Shown in pieces: positions 19,716-28,213 of a DNA stretch of 64,000 nt. The stretch spans positions 45,563 to 109,562 of the IMG/VR virus record IMGVR_UViG_3300029705_000023; one strand, 5' to 3'. Every line of letters starts with the position of its first letter. Within the stretch, counting starts at the first letter, position 1. Below the pieces are notes generated by a model. That model was given only the letters and a program-made list of their open reading frames with translations. It made no database searches and was not told where the DNA came from. Origin of the DNA: a virus. Lineage: Duplodnaviria; Heunggongvirae; Uroviricota; Caudoviricetes. Made by a program: the position numbers and the translations under genes.

Positions 19716-20496
19716 CTGGCTCACGGAAACTTTAAGGACTGTTCTGTCCGCGCAGCTGCCGTATCTGTGGATGATACTGCTGTCTCTGGGGCTGTTCTGT
19801 ATGTTGTTCGCCGTCATGTTTGTGAACATTAAGAATGGTGCTGTCGGATGGCTGGCGTTTGTCATGACGGCAGGGGTGATGATCTTCGGCTTGTGCAGTC
19901 TTCAGTACAAGAACCATGAGCTCCCGGAGGACGGGGAGCTGGATGGGAAGGCGGTGATGGTACGCCGGATCACGCAGAAAGGTCTGAAGCTGGAAACAGG
20001 CGATACGGTCATGCCGGCCGGGATCGAGTTTCTGGCTCGACGGGATAAGCAGTATCGGGAGATGGTCGAGGAGCTGGAAACGGTTATTAATAACAAGCCG
20101 GTGACGCTTGACAGGCTGCGGGTGCCGGAAGGGTATCTGATCTGTACCTATGACGGAACGGATCTGGCGGAGCACCTTCTCAGGAAGGGACTGGCGCGTG
20201 CGGGAGCAGGTGCGTCGGACATGCAGCGGCGTTTACAGTTTGAGGCGCAGGAATCCCGGGTCGGGATCTGGAAGCAGGCATGGCAGGGCAGGGCATCCAG
20301 TCCGTTCATGACCGCGTTTCGCGCGTTTGGGAACGCCTGTCTGGTATCGGTTCTGTTCTGGGGCTTCCTGTTATGGAGGCTGGATGCTGTTTCGGCATGG
20401 CGGGAAGACAGGGAATTGACACGGTTGTGTGAGAAGTTGGATCTGATGGAGAAGAATCATGACGAAGAAAGCAAAGCAGGATGCGGGAACATCTGA
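19705..20496 (+). CDS. Membrane protein with a degenerate SNase (thermonuclease)-like domain
   Basis: Two N-terminal TM segments; DLAEHLLRKGLA...EAQESRVGIW matches the SNase C-terminus; C-terminal TM. Confidence 0.6.
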   Translation: MIINWLTETLRTVLSAQLPYLWMILLSLGLFCMLFAVMFVNIKNGAVGWLAFVMTAGVMIFGLCSLQYKNHELPEDGELDGKAVMVRRITQKGLKLETGDTVMPAGIEFLARRDKQYREMVEELETVINNKPVTLDRLRVPEGYLICTYDGTDLAEHLLRKGLARAGAGASDMQRRLQFEAQESRVGIWKQAWQGRASSPFMTAFRAFGNACLVSVLFWGFLLWRLDAVSAWREDRELTRLCEKLDLMEKNHDEESKAGCGNI

Positions 20497-21190
20497 AAAT
20501 CAGGCAGCTGGAAAAACACGTGCTGCTTTTTGGGTCGGCGCAGCGGCTGCGGTCATTGCGGCTGCTGCCGGATCCGTGCTGTTTCTGTTCGGAAACCACG
20601 TAGAGGATCATGAGCTTGAGCTGAAGACCTCCGCCCTTGGCGAGGTCGTGACCTACCAGTTTGATCAGAGGGTCCACTATTATATTTCAGGTAAGCACAT
20701 GGCGCTCTGTACGGAGGATGGACTGCTTCAGGTCTATCCGCTGGAATGCGGACGTTTTGAGCTGTTCTGCGTCATTCCGGGAAGGAAGACGCAGGTCTGG
20801 CACGGGGTGCTGACCTGCGAGTTTGAGGACAATCTGATCATTCCGCAGCCGGACAACTCGGATGCCCTTGCGAAGAAGGTAGCCGAGCTGGTGCAGAAGG
20901 TGCCGCAGGAGTATCGGACGATCCTGCCGGAGCTTGCGGAAAACTATCGCAAGGTAGCGAAGCTGGGTCTCACCGACGAGGGTGAGATCCTTCAGGCGGT
21001 GATGTTTAAGAACCGGAAGACGCTGGGCTTTGACGACCCGGCTGGGGACCCGAAGTTTGAAGCGGCGTGGCAGGCAGTACTGGGTGCCGGAGGGACACTG
21101 AGTCAGCTGCTTGAGAAGGAGTTTCCGGAGGGTATCAAGGACTGGACTCCTGTACTTAATTCCATTGCGAAAGGGTTTGAAGCGAAATGA
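20459..21190 (+). CDS. Membrane-anchored hypothetical protein
   Basis: Hydrophobic AAFWVGAAAAVIAAAAGSVLFLF segment. Confidence 0.75.
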   Translation: MTKKAKQDAGTSENQAAGKTRAAFWVGAAAAVIAAAAGSVLFLFGNHVEDHELELKTSALGEVVTYQFDQRVHYYISGKHMALCTEDGLLQVYPLECGRFELFCVIPGRKTQVWHGVLTCEFEDNLIIPQPDNSDALAKKVAELVQKVPQEYRTILPELAENYRKVAKLGLTDEGEILQAVMFKNRKTLGFDDPAGDPKFEAAWQAVLGAGGTLSQLLEKEFPEGIKDWTPVLNSIAKGFEAK

Positions 21191-21501
21191 TCGGATATTC
21201 TTCAGACGCGGCTGCCGAGGCGGCAAGACTTTATAAAGAGGGTTCCATTCGTGTTCCGGATGGGATGGAGCCGCTTCTTCGGGATGTCATGGAACATTGC
21301 GGCAATGACCCATGGTCGGCGTATCTCGGATTTATCAAGTACGCCGGGATGGCTGCCCTGGATCAGGGGCTGGATGCGACGACGCTCTACGAGATCCTCC
21401 TGAAGTCCTGTTACGTTTTGAATTATCTTCGTTCCGAGCAGGAGGCGAAGGAGTTTGACGAGTGGATGTCCGCTCCGGCTTATCGGAAGGAGGGGGAATG
21501 A
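21187..21501 (+). CDS. Hypothetical protein
   Basis: ATGA-coupled ORF. Confidence 0.7.
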   Translation: MIGYSSDAAAEAARLYKEGSIRVPDGMEPLLRDVMEHCGNDPWSAYLGFIKYAGMAALDQGLDATTLYEILLKSCYVLNYLRSEQEAKEFDEWMSAPAYRKEGE

Positions 21502-21797
21502 AACCGATCCGAGTACTTGCCAGTGCTGCCGTGGAGAATCCGGAAGGGCTTCTTGCGTTGGCAAAGGAGGTCTGCGCAAGGGCGCAGGAGTGTGATTTCG
21601 ACCGCGGTTATCTGGTGGAGATGCTCATGCAGAAGATGCTCCGGACGGGAGATTTTGCAGAGTATGCTCTGATCTACTACCTGACTGCTCTGATCCTGGA
21701 CGCAATGAATGCCGCATCCACTCTCAGGGAGCCGGAAAGGTTTCAGTGGGAGTCTTTTCTGCATGAGCTGAAACGGAGTGTTCCAGCTTATAAATAG
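21498..21797 (+). CDS. Hypothetical protein
   Basis: AAGGAGG RBS, ATGA overlap. Confidence 0.72.
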   Translation: MKPIRVLASAAVENPEGLLALAKEVCARAQECDFDRGYLVEMLMQKMLRTGDFAEYALIYYLTALILDAMNAASTLREPERFQWESFLHELKRSVPAYK

Positions 21798-21800
21798 CCC

Positions 21801-21820
21801 GTTTTGAGGCATATATATTG
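21801..21820 (+). promoter_or_regulatory. Copy of the recurrent GTTTTG(A/G)GGCATA-TAnnnT-G promoter-like motif
   Basis: GTTTTGAGGCATA-TATATT-G; other copies at about 26116, 27187 and 38834. Confidence 0.6.
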
Positions 21821-21831
21821 ATACACCATCG

Positions 21832-21876
21832 CCGGTGTGCTATTGGGAGGTCCAATGGTACACCGGCTGTTTTTTT
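21832..21876 (+). terminator. 15-bp hairpin with T-tract just downstream of the promoter motif
   Basis: CCGGTGTGCTATTGG-GAGGT-CCAATGGTACACCGG then CTGTTTTTTT. Confidence 0.65.
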
Positions 21877-21893
21877 ATAGAAAAGGAATTTGT

Positions 21894-22718
21894 ATGAAGA
21901 GTTATCTTATTTCAGATGTCAGTTCATTCGCCTTCAAAGAAGGCGAGAAAAAGGTGTTCGTCCAGGGTGGCTTGGGACTGCACGGGGTGTGCAGTCTCCG
22001 GGACTGCAACTGGTTCCTCGCGGTGGAAACCGAGCAGGAGCCGGTGTTCATCCGGGCGAAGTTGAGCCTGGGGTCGAAAGACTCCAGGCGGATGGAGGTC
22101 CGCCTCCACACCCGCATGGACGCGCTCCGGCGGGAAGAGGCAGAGGCCAGCAGGGACCTGTATGGTCCCGTGCTGGAGGCATTTGACCGCCGGTTGGAGG
22201 CTGAATATCCAGTCCTGGATTGTGCGATCCAGGAACGACGGGGTAAGTTCCATGTCCGCGAACTGGCGGACATCTGGGACGATGTCCCCATGTTAGTTTC
22301 TTCCGAAAATGTATTTCGGAAGGAAAAGACCGAATACCGGATCGCCAACCCGATCCGGTCGAAACAACATAAGTACCGGGACACGCTGCGTCCCGGTGAG
22401 GAAAGCCGAGAGGCTTTCCAGAGCTGGCGCCGCCATCTGCTGGGGCAGTTCTCCGCTGCCCTGCAGATGGCGGGCGGCGAACCGCTCTCCTCTTCGGAAG
22501 AGGAGAAAGCCTTTGCGCTGTGCGTGAATTACGCCGAGCGCAGGGAGCTTTTCTTCAAGCGGGAGAAGGTCTCCCCGGCTATCCTGAAGCTGGGGGAGAG
22601 CCAGCTGTCCTTTGACGGCAAAGCCGTCATTGGAAATACGGACGGCGGGTTCAGCGTGATGCTGAAGGACAGACGTCCTGAGAAGATGCGGGAGCTTTGC
22701 GAGAAGCTCCACATCTAA
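21894..22718 (+). CDS. Hypothetical protein
   Basis: AAGGA RBS; followed by a terminator at about 22724-22766. Confidence 0.8.
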   Translation: MKSYLISDVSSFAFKEGEKKVFVQGGLGLHGVCSLRDCNWFLAVETEQEPVFIRAKLSLGSKDSRRMEVRLHTRMDALRREEAEASRDLYGPVLEAFDRRLEAEYPVLDCAIQERRGKFHVRELADIWDDVPMLVSSENVFRKEKTEYRIANPIRSKQHKYRDTLRPGEESREAFQSWRRHLLGQFSAALQMAGGEPLSSSEEEKAFALCVNYAERRELFFKREKVSPAILKLGESQLSFDGKAVIGNTDGGFSVMLKDRRPEKMRELCEKLHI

Positions 22719-22785
22719 TAAAATAGACGTACACTCCGGGTGGGGGTGTGCGTCTGTTTTTTTTACATATGGGAGCTGACAGCCT

Positions 22786-23622
22786 ATGCCTATACACAGG
22801 AAGGAGCCGCATCCGGTTCCGGTCACTAATGAGGTTCATCCTGACCGTACTTTTCAGGACGACACTGTACTTCGCACCAGACTTCGAGCGTTCACGGTCA
22901 GTGCAGCCTCGGAGCTTTTATTTGAGTTTCAGAATCAGGAGGGGGTACCTTATGAACTGGAAGACGACGGCAGCGTATTTAAGGCGCATGTTCGCGAGAT
23001 GGTGGTGGGTGGTAAACCCTGTACCCTTCCTGTTACTGTGAAGGACTACAGCAAGGGACAGTTATTAATATCAGTACCTGCCAACTTTCGTCCGGGCGGC
23101 TATCGCGGCACAGTCACCATGTATCGGAACGACACGCCCATACTCACCAATGACTTTCGTCTTTATGTTTCCACGGATTCTCCCAAAGGTCCGCCTTCCT
23201 TACAGGAGATAAGACTATACCTCAGGGACACATCCCGTCATGAGAGTCTTCTTCTGGAGGACAGAGCCTTTGAGGATTCAGAGATCATGGCGGCTATGGA
23301 GCGTGCCTTAAGATACTGGAACGAGACGCCTCCTGATCTTGGCAGACCTGCTTCTACGCATAACTTTCCCTATCGGCATCATCTCATCGAGGGCACCTTG
23401 GGACAGCTCTTCATGATCGCTGCCGAGGACTACAGGAAGAACTCGCTTCAGTATCAGGCTGGAGGACTCAGTGTTGCCGACAAGGACAAGGAGATGAACT
23501 ATCTCAAGGCGGCGCAGTATCACTGGGACACTTACAGACAGTTTGTGGACTCCAAAAAGTCGGAGTTGAATGCTTCGATGGCATGGGGCGTCATCCCGTC
23601 ACCTTATTCGTACATCTGGTAG
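22786..23622 (+). CDS. Putative virion neck/head-tail adaptor-like protein
   Basis: C-terminal IRLYLRD...WNETPP...FPY...LQYQAGGLSVADK pattern recalled from large-phage structural proteins; function is inference. Confidence 0.45.
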   Translation: MPIHRKEPHPVPVTNEVHPDRTFQDDTVLRTRLRAFTVSAASELLFEFQNQEGVPYELEDDGSVFKAHVREMVVGGKPCTLPVTVKDYSKGQLLISVPANFRPGGYRGTVTMYRNDTPILTNDFRLYVSTDSPKGPPSLQEIRLYLRDTSRHESLLLEDRAFEDSEIMAAMERALRYWNETPPDLGRPASTHNFPYRHHLIEGTLGQLFMIAAEDYRKNSLQYQAGGLSVADKDKEMNYLKAAQYHWDTYRQFVDSKKSELNASMAWGVIPSPYSYIW

Positions 23623-23630
23623 GAGGAAAA

Positions 23631-24494
23631 ATGAAAGCTGGCTGGTTAGGTTTAGACGCAGCAGAAAAAGCCTATTCTGTTTTACGTGACAAATTTGTCC
23701 CTCTTCGCAAGAGAGACAACAATTCCACGGAGGAATATCTGTGGAGGTATACCAAGAGGCTCAACAACGGAGAGAACCTGGAACCCCTGACGCAGGAGAC
23801 CGGTGACTGTGTTTCCTTTGCTACGGCGCAGGCGGGTAAGTATCTCACTGCCGTAGCCATCTGTGAGCATGGCGAGAACTTCCAGTTCAAAGACTGGTTT
23901 CCTCCCTTTATTTACGGTGTCTCCCGTACTGCTCCGGAGTGCGGCAACGGGGAGCTTGGGCGTTCTGCCGGGTCGGTAGGGTCGTGGGCGGTCATTGGAC
24001 TTCAGAAGCACGGCGTCCTTTTCTCGGACGACGAGGGAGTACCTGCCTATTCCGGTGCTCTTGCGGACCGGTGGGGTTATCGGGGAGTACCGCAGGAGTT
24101 CTATGATCTGGCGAAGGATAATCCCTGCAAATCCGCCTCAAAGATCACCAGCGTGGAGCAGCTTCGGGAGGCACTGCTTAACAAATGTCCCGTAATTATC
24201 GGGTCGCAGTGGGGTTTCAAGGTCGTGGAGAAGGATCATCATCTGGTCTATGTTCCGGAGGGGCAGTGGGGTCATGAGATGTGCTTCATTGGCTGGCATG
24301 ACGATCCGTTCCCTGGAGCTTTCCGACTGAACAGCTGGGGCAGGCAGGGGATCCGTCCTTCTCTCAACGGCGAGCCGGACGGCGGTGCGTGGTGTACTGC
24401 CGAGCAGCTGGAGCGGGAAATACCGCAGTCGGAACTGTTCGCGCTGGATTGTTTTCAGGGCGACCGGACGGCGGGAAAGTACTCTTTTGTTTAG
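23631..24494 (+). CDS. Papain-like (C1) cysteine peptidase
   Basis: Q-x-x-GDCVS catalytic Cys region, GHEM His, LNSWG Asn. Confidence 0.85.
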   Translation: MKAGWLGLDAAEKAYSVLRDKFVPLRKRDNNSTEEYLWRYTKRLNNGENLEPLTQETGDCVSFATAQAGKYLTAVAICEHGENFQFKDWFPPFIYGVSRTAPECGNGELGRSAGSVGSWAVIGLQKHGVLFSDDEGVPAYSGALADRWGYRGVPQEFYDLAKDNPCKSASKITSVEQLREALLNKCPVIIGSQWGFKVVEKDHHLVYVPEGQWGHEMCFIGWHDDPFPGAFRLNSWGRQGIRPSLNGEPDGGAWCTAEQLEREIPQSELFALDCFQGDRTAGKYSFV

Positions 24495-24506
24495 GAGCTG
24501 GAAGTG

Positions 24507-25340
24507 ATGTGGATGCTGTTGCTGTGCTCACTTGCCGGGAGCTATGACATGGTAGGTCCCGTGCGGTCGGAGCGGGAGTTTCCGAAGGTTTACGTTTATG
24601 TCACGCCGGATGACGGAGACAGCTGGGAGCTGCTTGACCGTTTTGAAGAGTATTCGGACTGGAATCTCTTCTGGTCGGAGTATCAGGACCGGGTGCCCGC
24701 GTTTGAGACGATGCCTACCGTGACGGCGATGCGGTCGGCGGAGGATCATCGGACGTGGATCGGTCCGGTAACTCCGGAGGAAGTGCAGGCGTATCTTGAC
24801 AAGCCGGAGGAGGAGCCTATCATAGAGCCGGAGGAGGAGCCTATCATAGAGCCGGAGGAGACTGTCGAGGAGACGGCTTCGGAGGAGCTTGTTGAGGAGA
24901 CTGTCCCGGTAGAGGATCTTCTTCCGGAGGAGGAGCGGGTGGCGCCTCCGAAGGCGGAAGCGGAGCCTGTAGATCCGATCCCCTCGGAGGAGCTTGAAAC
25001 GCTTCTTCCGGAGGCTGCTCTTCTTGAGAAGGAGCTGGAAGTTCAGGAGGAGTCGGAGGCTCTGCCGGCGGAGTCGAAGAAGGTTTACACATTGTATGTC
25101 TATACTTTGCCGGGCTGCGCTCCGTGTCATCTCCTGAAGCAGGAGCTGGACGCGCAGACGGAACTGCGTGTGGAGTACTATTCCTATCCGGTCTGTTTCA
25201 CGGACGGGACACGTGTCCAGAAGTTTCCTTCCATGGAGTTATTCTGCGGTTCTGAGAAGATCCACAGATACATTGGTTATGTTCCGGTCAGTGTGATAAA
25301 AGGAGATGTGGCTTTGCATGAAGCTGGATCAGTACGATAA
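24507..25340 (+). CDS. Secreted protein with Glu/Pro linker and C-terminal thioredoxin-like domain
   Basis: Hydrophobic N-terminus; VYTLPGCAPC CxxC; 24-bp tandem repeat at 24801-24860. Confidence 0.75.
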   Translation: MWMLLLCSLAGSYDMVGPVRSEREFPKVYVYVTPDDGDSWELLDRFEEYSDWNLFWSEYQDRVPAFETMPTVTAMRSAEDHRTWIGPVTPEEVQAYLDKPEEEPIIEPEEEPIIEPEETVEETASEELVEETVPVEDLLPEEERVAPPKAEAEPVDPIPSEELETLLPEAALLEKELEVQEESEALPAESKKVYTLYVYTLPGCAPCHLLKQELDAQTELRVEYYSYPVCFTDGTRVQKFPSMELFCGSEKIHRYIGYVPVSVIKGDVALHEAGSVR

Positions 25341-25701
25341 GTGTCTGAGTATGATCCGGGAGGGTCTTTCAGCGGAGGAAATACAGAAGGAAACACAGGT
25401 TCCTGCCTCGGAGCTTTCAATGATGCAGAATGGAGCGCGGATGGCGGAGTATGTCCTGCTTCAGATGACGGGGATGATGGAACGATGTCCGAAATGCGGT
25501 GCGAAGGTCCAGCTGCCCTGTTATTACTGCTTTCTGAAGGACCATCCGGACGTGATGTGCGTGGAAGTGGTCGCGAGACCTTTGCGGAATCAGTTGATGC
25601 CCTTGCATATCACTTTGGATGAACAGCTTTTGGACGGAGAAGACGAGGAAGGATATGATGACGAAGACTGGGAAAGCGAGTACCACGACAACTGGGGCTG
25701 A
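25318..25701 (+). CDS. Hypothetical protein with Zn-ribbon and acidic tail
   Basis: CPKC...CYYC. Confidence 0.7.
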   Translation: MKLDQYDKCLSMIREGLSAEEIQKETQVPASELSMMQNGARMAEYVLLQMTGMMERCPKCGAKVQLPCYYCFLKDHPDVMCVEVVARPLRNQLMPLHITLDEQLLDGEDEEGYDDEDWESEYHDNWG

Positions 25702-26056
25702 AAACTTCCGCAGGTTTGATATTAATAAAAAGGAATGGGTCGCCTGTGACCGGGACGGGTTCCATGACGGCGTTCCGGTCTTCACGGCTGGGTTAGCCAG
25801 AAGACTGAGAGGCTGTCCGCCGGCAAAAGCGGTGAAAGAGTTTGGCATCCCGGAAGAACATGCCGCGGAATTCTGCAAAATGGCAGGAGAAGCCTACCTG
25901 CCGATGTTCGATACGCGCGGCAGATACCGGAATACCAACATGTCCGGACTGGAAGCACAGGAAGAACTGCGGGCGGTCCAGTATAAAGAACTGAATCTGC
26001 CTCCGGAGGCGTTGCAGCGGCTGCTGGCACTGCGAAGAAAAAAGGGTTTGGATTAG
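25655..26056 (+). CDS. Hypothetical protein
   Basis: ORF ends before a terminator; start uncertain. Confidence 0.6.
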   Translation: MMTKTGKASTTTTGAENFRRFDINKKEWVACDRDGFHDGVPVFTAGLARRLRGCPPAKAVKEFGIPEEHAAEFCKMAGEAYLPMFDTRGRYRNTNMSGLEAQEELRAVQYKELNLPPEALQRLLALRRKKGLD

Positions 26057-26066
26057 TTTCTCCTGC

Positions 26067-27264
26067 AGGAGGGAGCGAGCTTCGGTCTGCTCCCTTTTTT
26101 TGCTTAAAAATGCGGGTTTTGGGGCATATAGCATGAATAAAAAGGAGTTAAGTGTTTTAACTCCGCGAATTTTTTTTAAGAAAGGAATAGAAAAATGAAA
26201 AAAGAAAACATGAAAGACGTGAATGGTGTACTGCTGTCGGGCGACGGCAGTACTCTTGTGAGAGTTGCACAGGAGAAGACGAGTTACACCATCCCGGACG
26301 GTGTGACAAGTATCCAGAGCCAGGCATTCTGGCTCTGCGAGGACCTCGAGTTGGTAGTGATCCCCAACAGCGTGACGAGCATTGGAGATCGCGCGTTCGA
26401 CGGGTGTAAGAGTCTCACGTCTGTGACGATCCCTGCTAGCGTGACGAGTGTTGGGAAGGATTTGTTTCCGCACTGTTGGAAACTGACCGAGATCCAAGTC
26501 TCCGCGGGCAATACGCATTTCAAGAGCGTGGATGGAGTCCTGTTTTCCGCAGACGGGAAAACGCTCATTCAGGTCCCGCCCGGGAAACCGGGTGACGAAT
26601 ATGTGATCCCGGAAGGGGTTACGCATATCGGAGATGAAGCGTTCAGCGGCTGCCGTAGCCTCACGTCGGTGACGATCCCCGACAGTGTGACGAGCATTGG
26701 GGCGGGGGCATTCAGCTGCTGCGCCAACCTCACGTCCGTGAAGATCCCCGCCGGCGTGACGAGCATTGGAGCTCGGGCGTTCTTCTTCTGTGAGAGCCTC
26801 ACGTCGGTGACGATTCCCGTGGGCGTTACGCGGATCAGCAGCTTCGCGTTCCAAGACTGCCGTAGCCTCACGTCGGTGACGATCCCCGACGGCGTGACGA
26901 GCATCGGCATGGCCGCGTTCGCCGGCTGTACGAGGCTCACGTCTGTGACGATCCCCGACAGTGTGACGAGGATCAAGGGTGTAGCCTTCTACAGCTGTTT
27001 CCGTCTCACGGACGTGAGACTCCCCGCCGGCGTGAAACTCGAATACGGGGCATTTTCGGATTGTCCCGCATTCGAGTAGGACCGAGAGACCGCCAGTATC
27101 CGGGGCGGTATAGAAGTTCCGGTTTTTGTTTTCAAATAGGAGGGAGCGGGCTTTGGTCTGCTCCCTTTTTTTGCTTAAAAATGCGGGTTTTGGGGGCATA
27201 TATCGTGAGTAAAAGGAGTTAAGTGTTTTAACTCCGCTGATTTTTACTGAAAGGAAATAAAATG
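26067..27264 (+). repeat. ~130-bp direct repeats (terminator + promoter-like motif + hairpin + RBS) flanking the LRR gene 26195-27079
   Basis: 26067-26197 and 27138-27264 share GGGAGC...GCTCCCTTTTTTTGCTTAAAAATGCGGGTTTTGGGG(G)CATATA and GGAGTTAAGTGTTTTAACTCCGC. Confidence 0.9.
26195..27079 (+). CDS. BspA/TpLRR protein with 69-bp units
   Basis: VTIPDSVTSIG repeats and FKSVDGVLFSADGKTLIQVP motif. Confidence 0.93.
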   Translation: MKKENMKDVNGVLLSGDGSTLVRVAQEKTSYTIPDGVTSIQSQAFWLCEDLELVVIPNSVTSIGDRAFDGCKSLTSVTIPASVTSVGKDLFPHCWKLTEIQVSAGNTHFKSVDGVLFSADGKTLIQVPPGKPGDEYVIPEGVTHIGDEAFSGCRSLTSVTIPDSVTSIGAGAFSCCANLTSVKIPAGVTSIGARAFFFCESLTSVTIPVGVTRISSFAFQDCRSLTSVTIPDGVTSIGMAAFAGCTRLTSVTIPDSVTRIKGVAFYSCFRLTDVRLPAGVKLEYGAFSDCPAFE

Positions 27265-27585
27265 TTTGAGGTGCGAGATTATCTGCTGGCTACCGAATGC
27301 ACACCGAACCTGAAAACGCTGGACGACTGGTGGCAGTCGGACCAGGAATATCAGAGCGACCGCCGGATGGCAGGGTATCTCCAGACAGGAGATACGCCGT
27401 ACCAGGCGGAACAGAGGGGTGCATTGAATGCCTGGGAACAGGCACATCAGGCGTACCGCCGTTGCGCAGAGCGGTGGCATCGGGAGAATCCCGGTGATGC
27501 CGGGGAGGCGGAATTGCGCCGTCTGTCGCTTCGAGTGATACGCCGGTATGTGCGGCATCCCAAGTGTAACGAACCGGAGGAGTAA
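27262..27585 (+). CDS. Hypothetical protein
   Basis: AAAGGA RBS. Confidence 0.75.
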   Translation: MFEVRDYLLATECTPNLKTLDDWWQSDQEYQSDRRMAGYLQTGDTPYQAEQRGALNAWEQAHQAYRRCAERWHRENPGDAGEAELRRLSLRVIRRYVRHPKCNEPEE

Positions 27586-27587
27586 CA

Positions 27588-27818
27588 ATGAAAGAGATGC
27601 TTGTATCCAGCCTGTGCTGGGTCGGTTCCACGCTGTGGACCTTGTTTTGGGTCAGCAGCGTGTTGTTGGCTATGTGGCTTTTGTTCGGGCTGCTGCTTAT
27701 TGTTATAGCGGCGACCCGAAACCGCCCAGGGCTTCGGGCCGCCTTGTGCTATCCGCTGACCGGCGGCATAGCGCGAGGAGTTCGTGTTCTGGGCTGGAAT
27801 GACAGCCCGCTGAAGTAA
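27588..27818 (+). CDS. Small membrane protein
   Basis: GGAGGAG RBS; long hydrophobic stretch. Confidence 0.72.
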   Translation: MKEMLVSSLCWVGSTLWTLFWVSSVLLAMWLLFGLLLIVIAATRNRPGLRAALCYPLTGGIARGVRVLGWNDSPLK

Positions 27819-27916
27819 AAGAGACCGCCTGTCCCCGGGGCGGTATAGAAGTTCCGGTTTTTGTTTTCAGAGAAGGCAGTCCGCGCGGGCTGCCTGTTTT
27901 TTATAAGGAGAGAAAC

Positions 27917-28156
27917 ATGAACAAAAATAACAATAATTTCAATCTTTCAGTCCTCGACGAGGAGTGGATCGAAGAAATCCGTCAGGGTGATTTTACCCTG
28001 ACGGTGGAGGCGGAGAAGGAGGCGGAAGACTCTTTCGACGTCGCGTCATGGGATACGTTTGAGTTGTCAGAAGACTGGGTCGAGGAACTCCGCCAGGAGG
28101 ACCTCGACCTGACAGCGCAGGGAAACAGTCTGAAGTGGAAAGACACTTTGGACTGA
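27917..28156 (+). CDS. Small highly acidic protein with an internal repeat
   Basis: AAGGAG RBS; 23 of 79 residues are D/E; bracketed by terminator-like hairpins. Confidence 0.78.
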   Translation: MNKNNNNFNLSVLDEEWIEEIRQGDFTLTVEAEKEAEDSFDVASWDTFELSEDWVEELRQEDLDLTAQGNSLKWKDTLD

Positions 28157-28213
28157 GGAAAAAAGACTCGCACCGTATGGTCCGCGGGTCTTTTTTTTAG
28201 CTGTTGGAACTTC

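Larger units (their letters stand above)
27085..27869 (+). repeat. Second direct repeat pair flanking genes 27262-27818
   Basis: Identical 33-mer GGGGCGGTATAGAAGTTCCGGTTTTTGTTTTCA at 27102-27134 and 27837-27869, each preceded by AGAGACCGCC. Confidence 0.88.

Noticed and set aside
26099-26107. TTTGCTTAA resembling a T4 MotA box
   Set aside because: Its distance to the TAnnnT element (about 21 nt) does not fit T4 middle-promoter geometry, and no MotA-like gene was recognised.
17585-27079. Diversity-generating retroelement acting on the LRR genes
   Set aside because: No reverse transcriptase in the window, and differences between modules are not adenine-specific.
5690-27079. Assigning a specific host lineage from the LRR style
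   Set aside because: BspA-type repeats are widespread in anaerobes; nrdD/nrdG supports an anaerobic host but nothing more specific.
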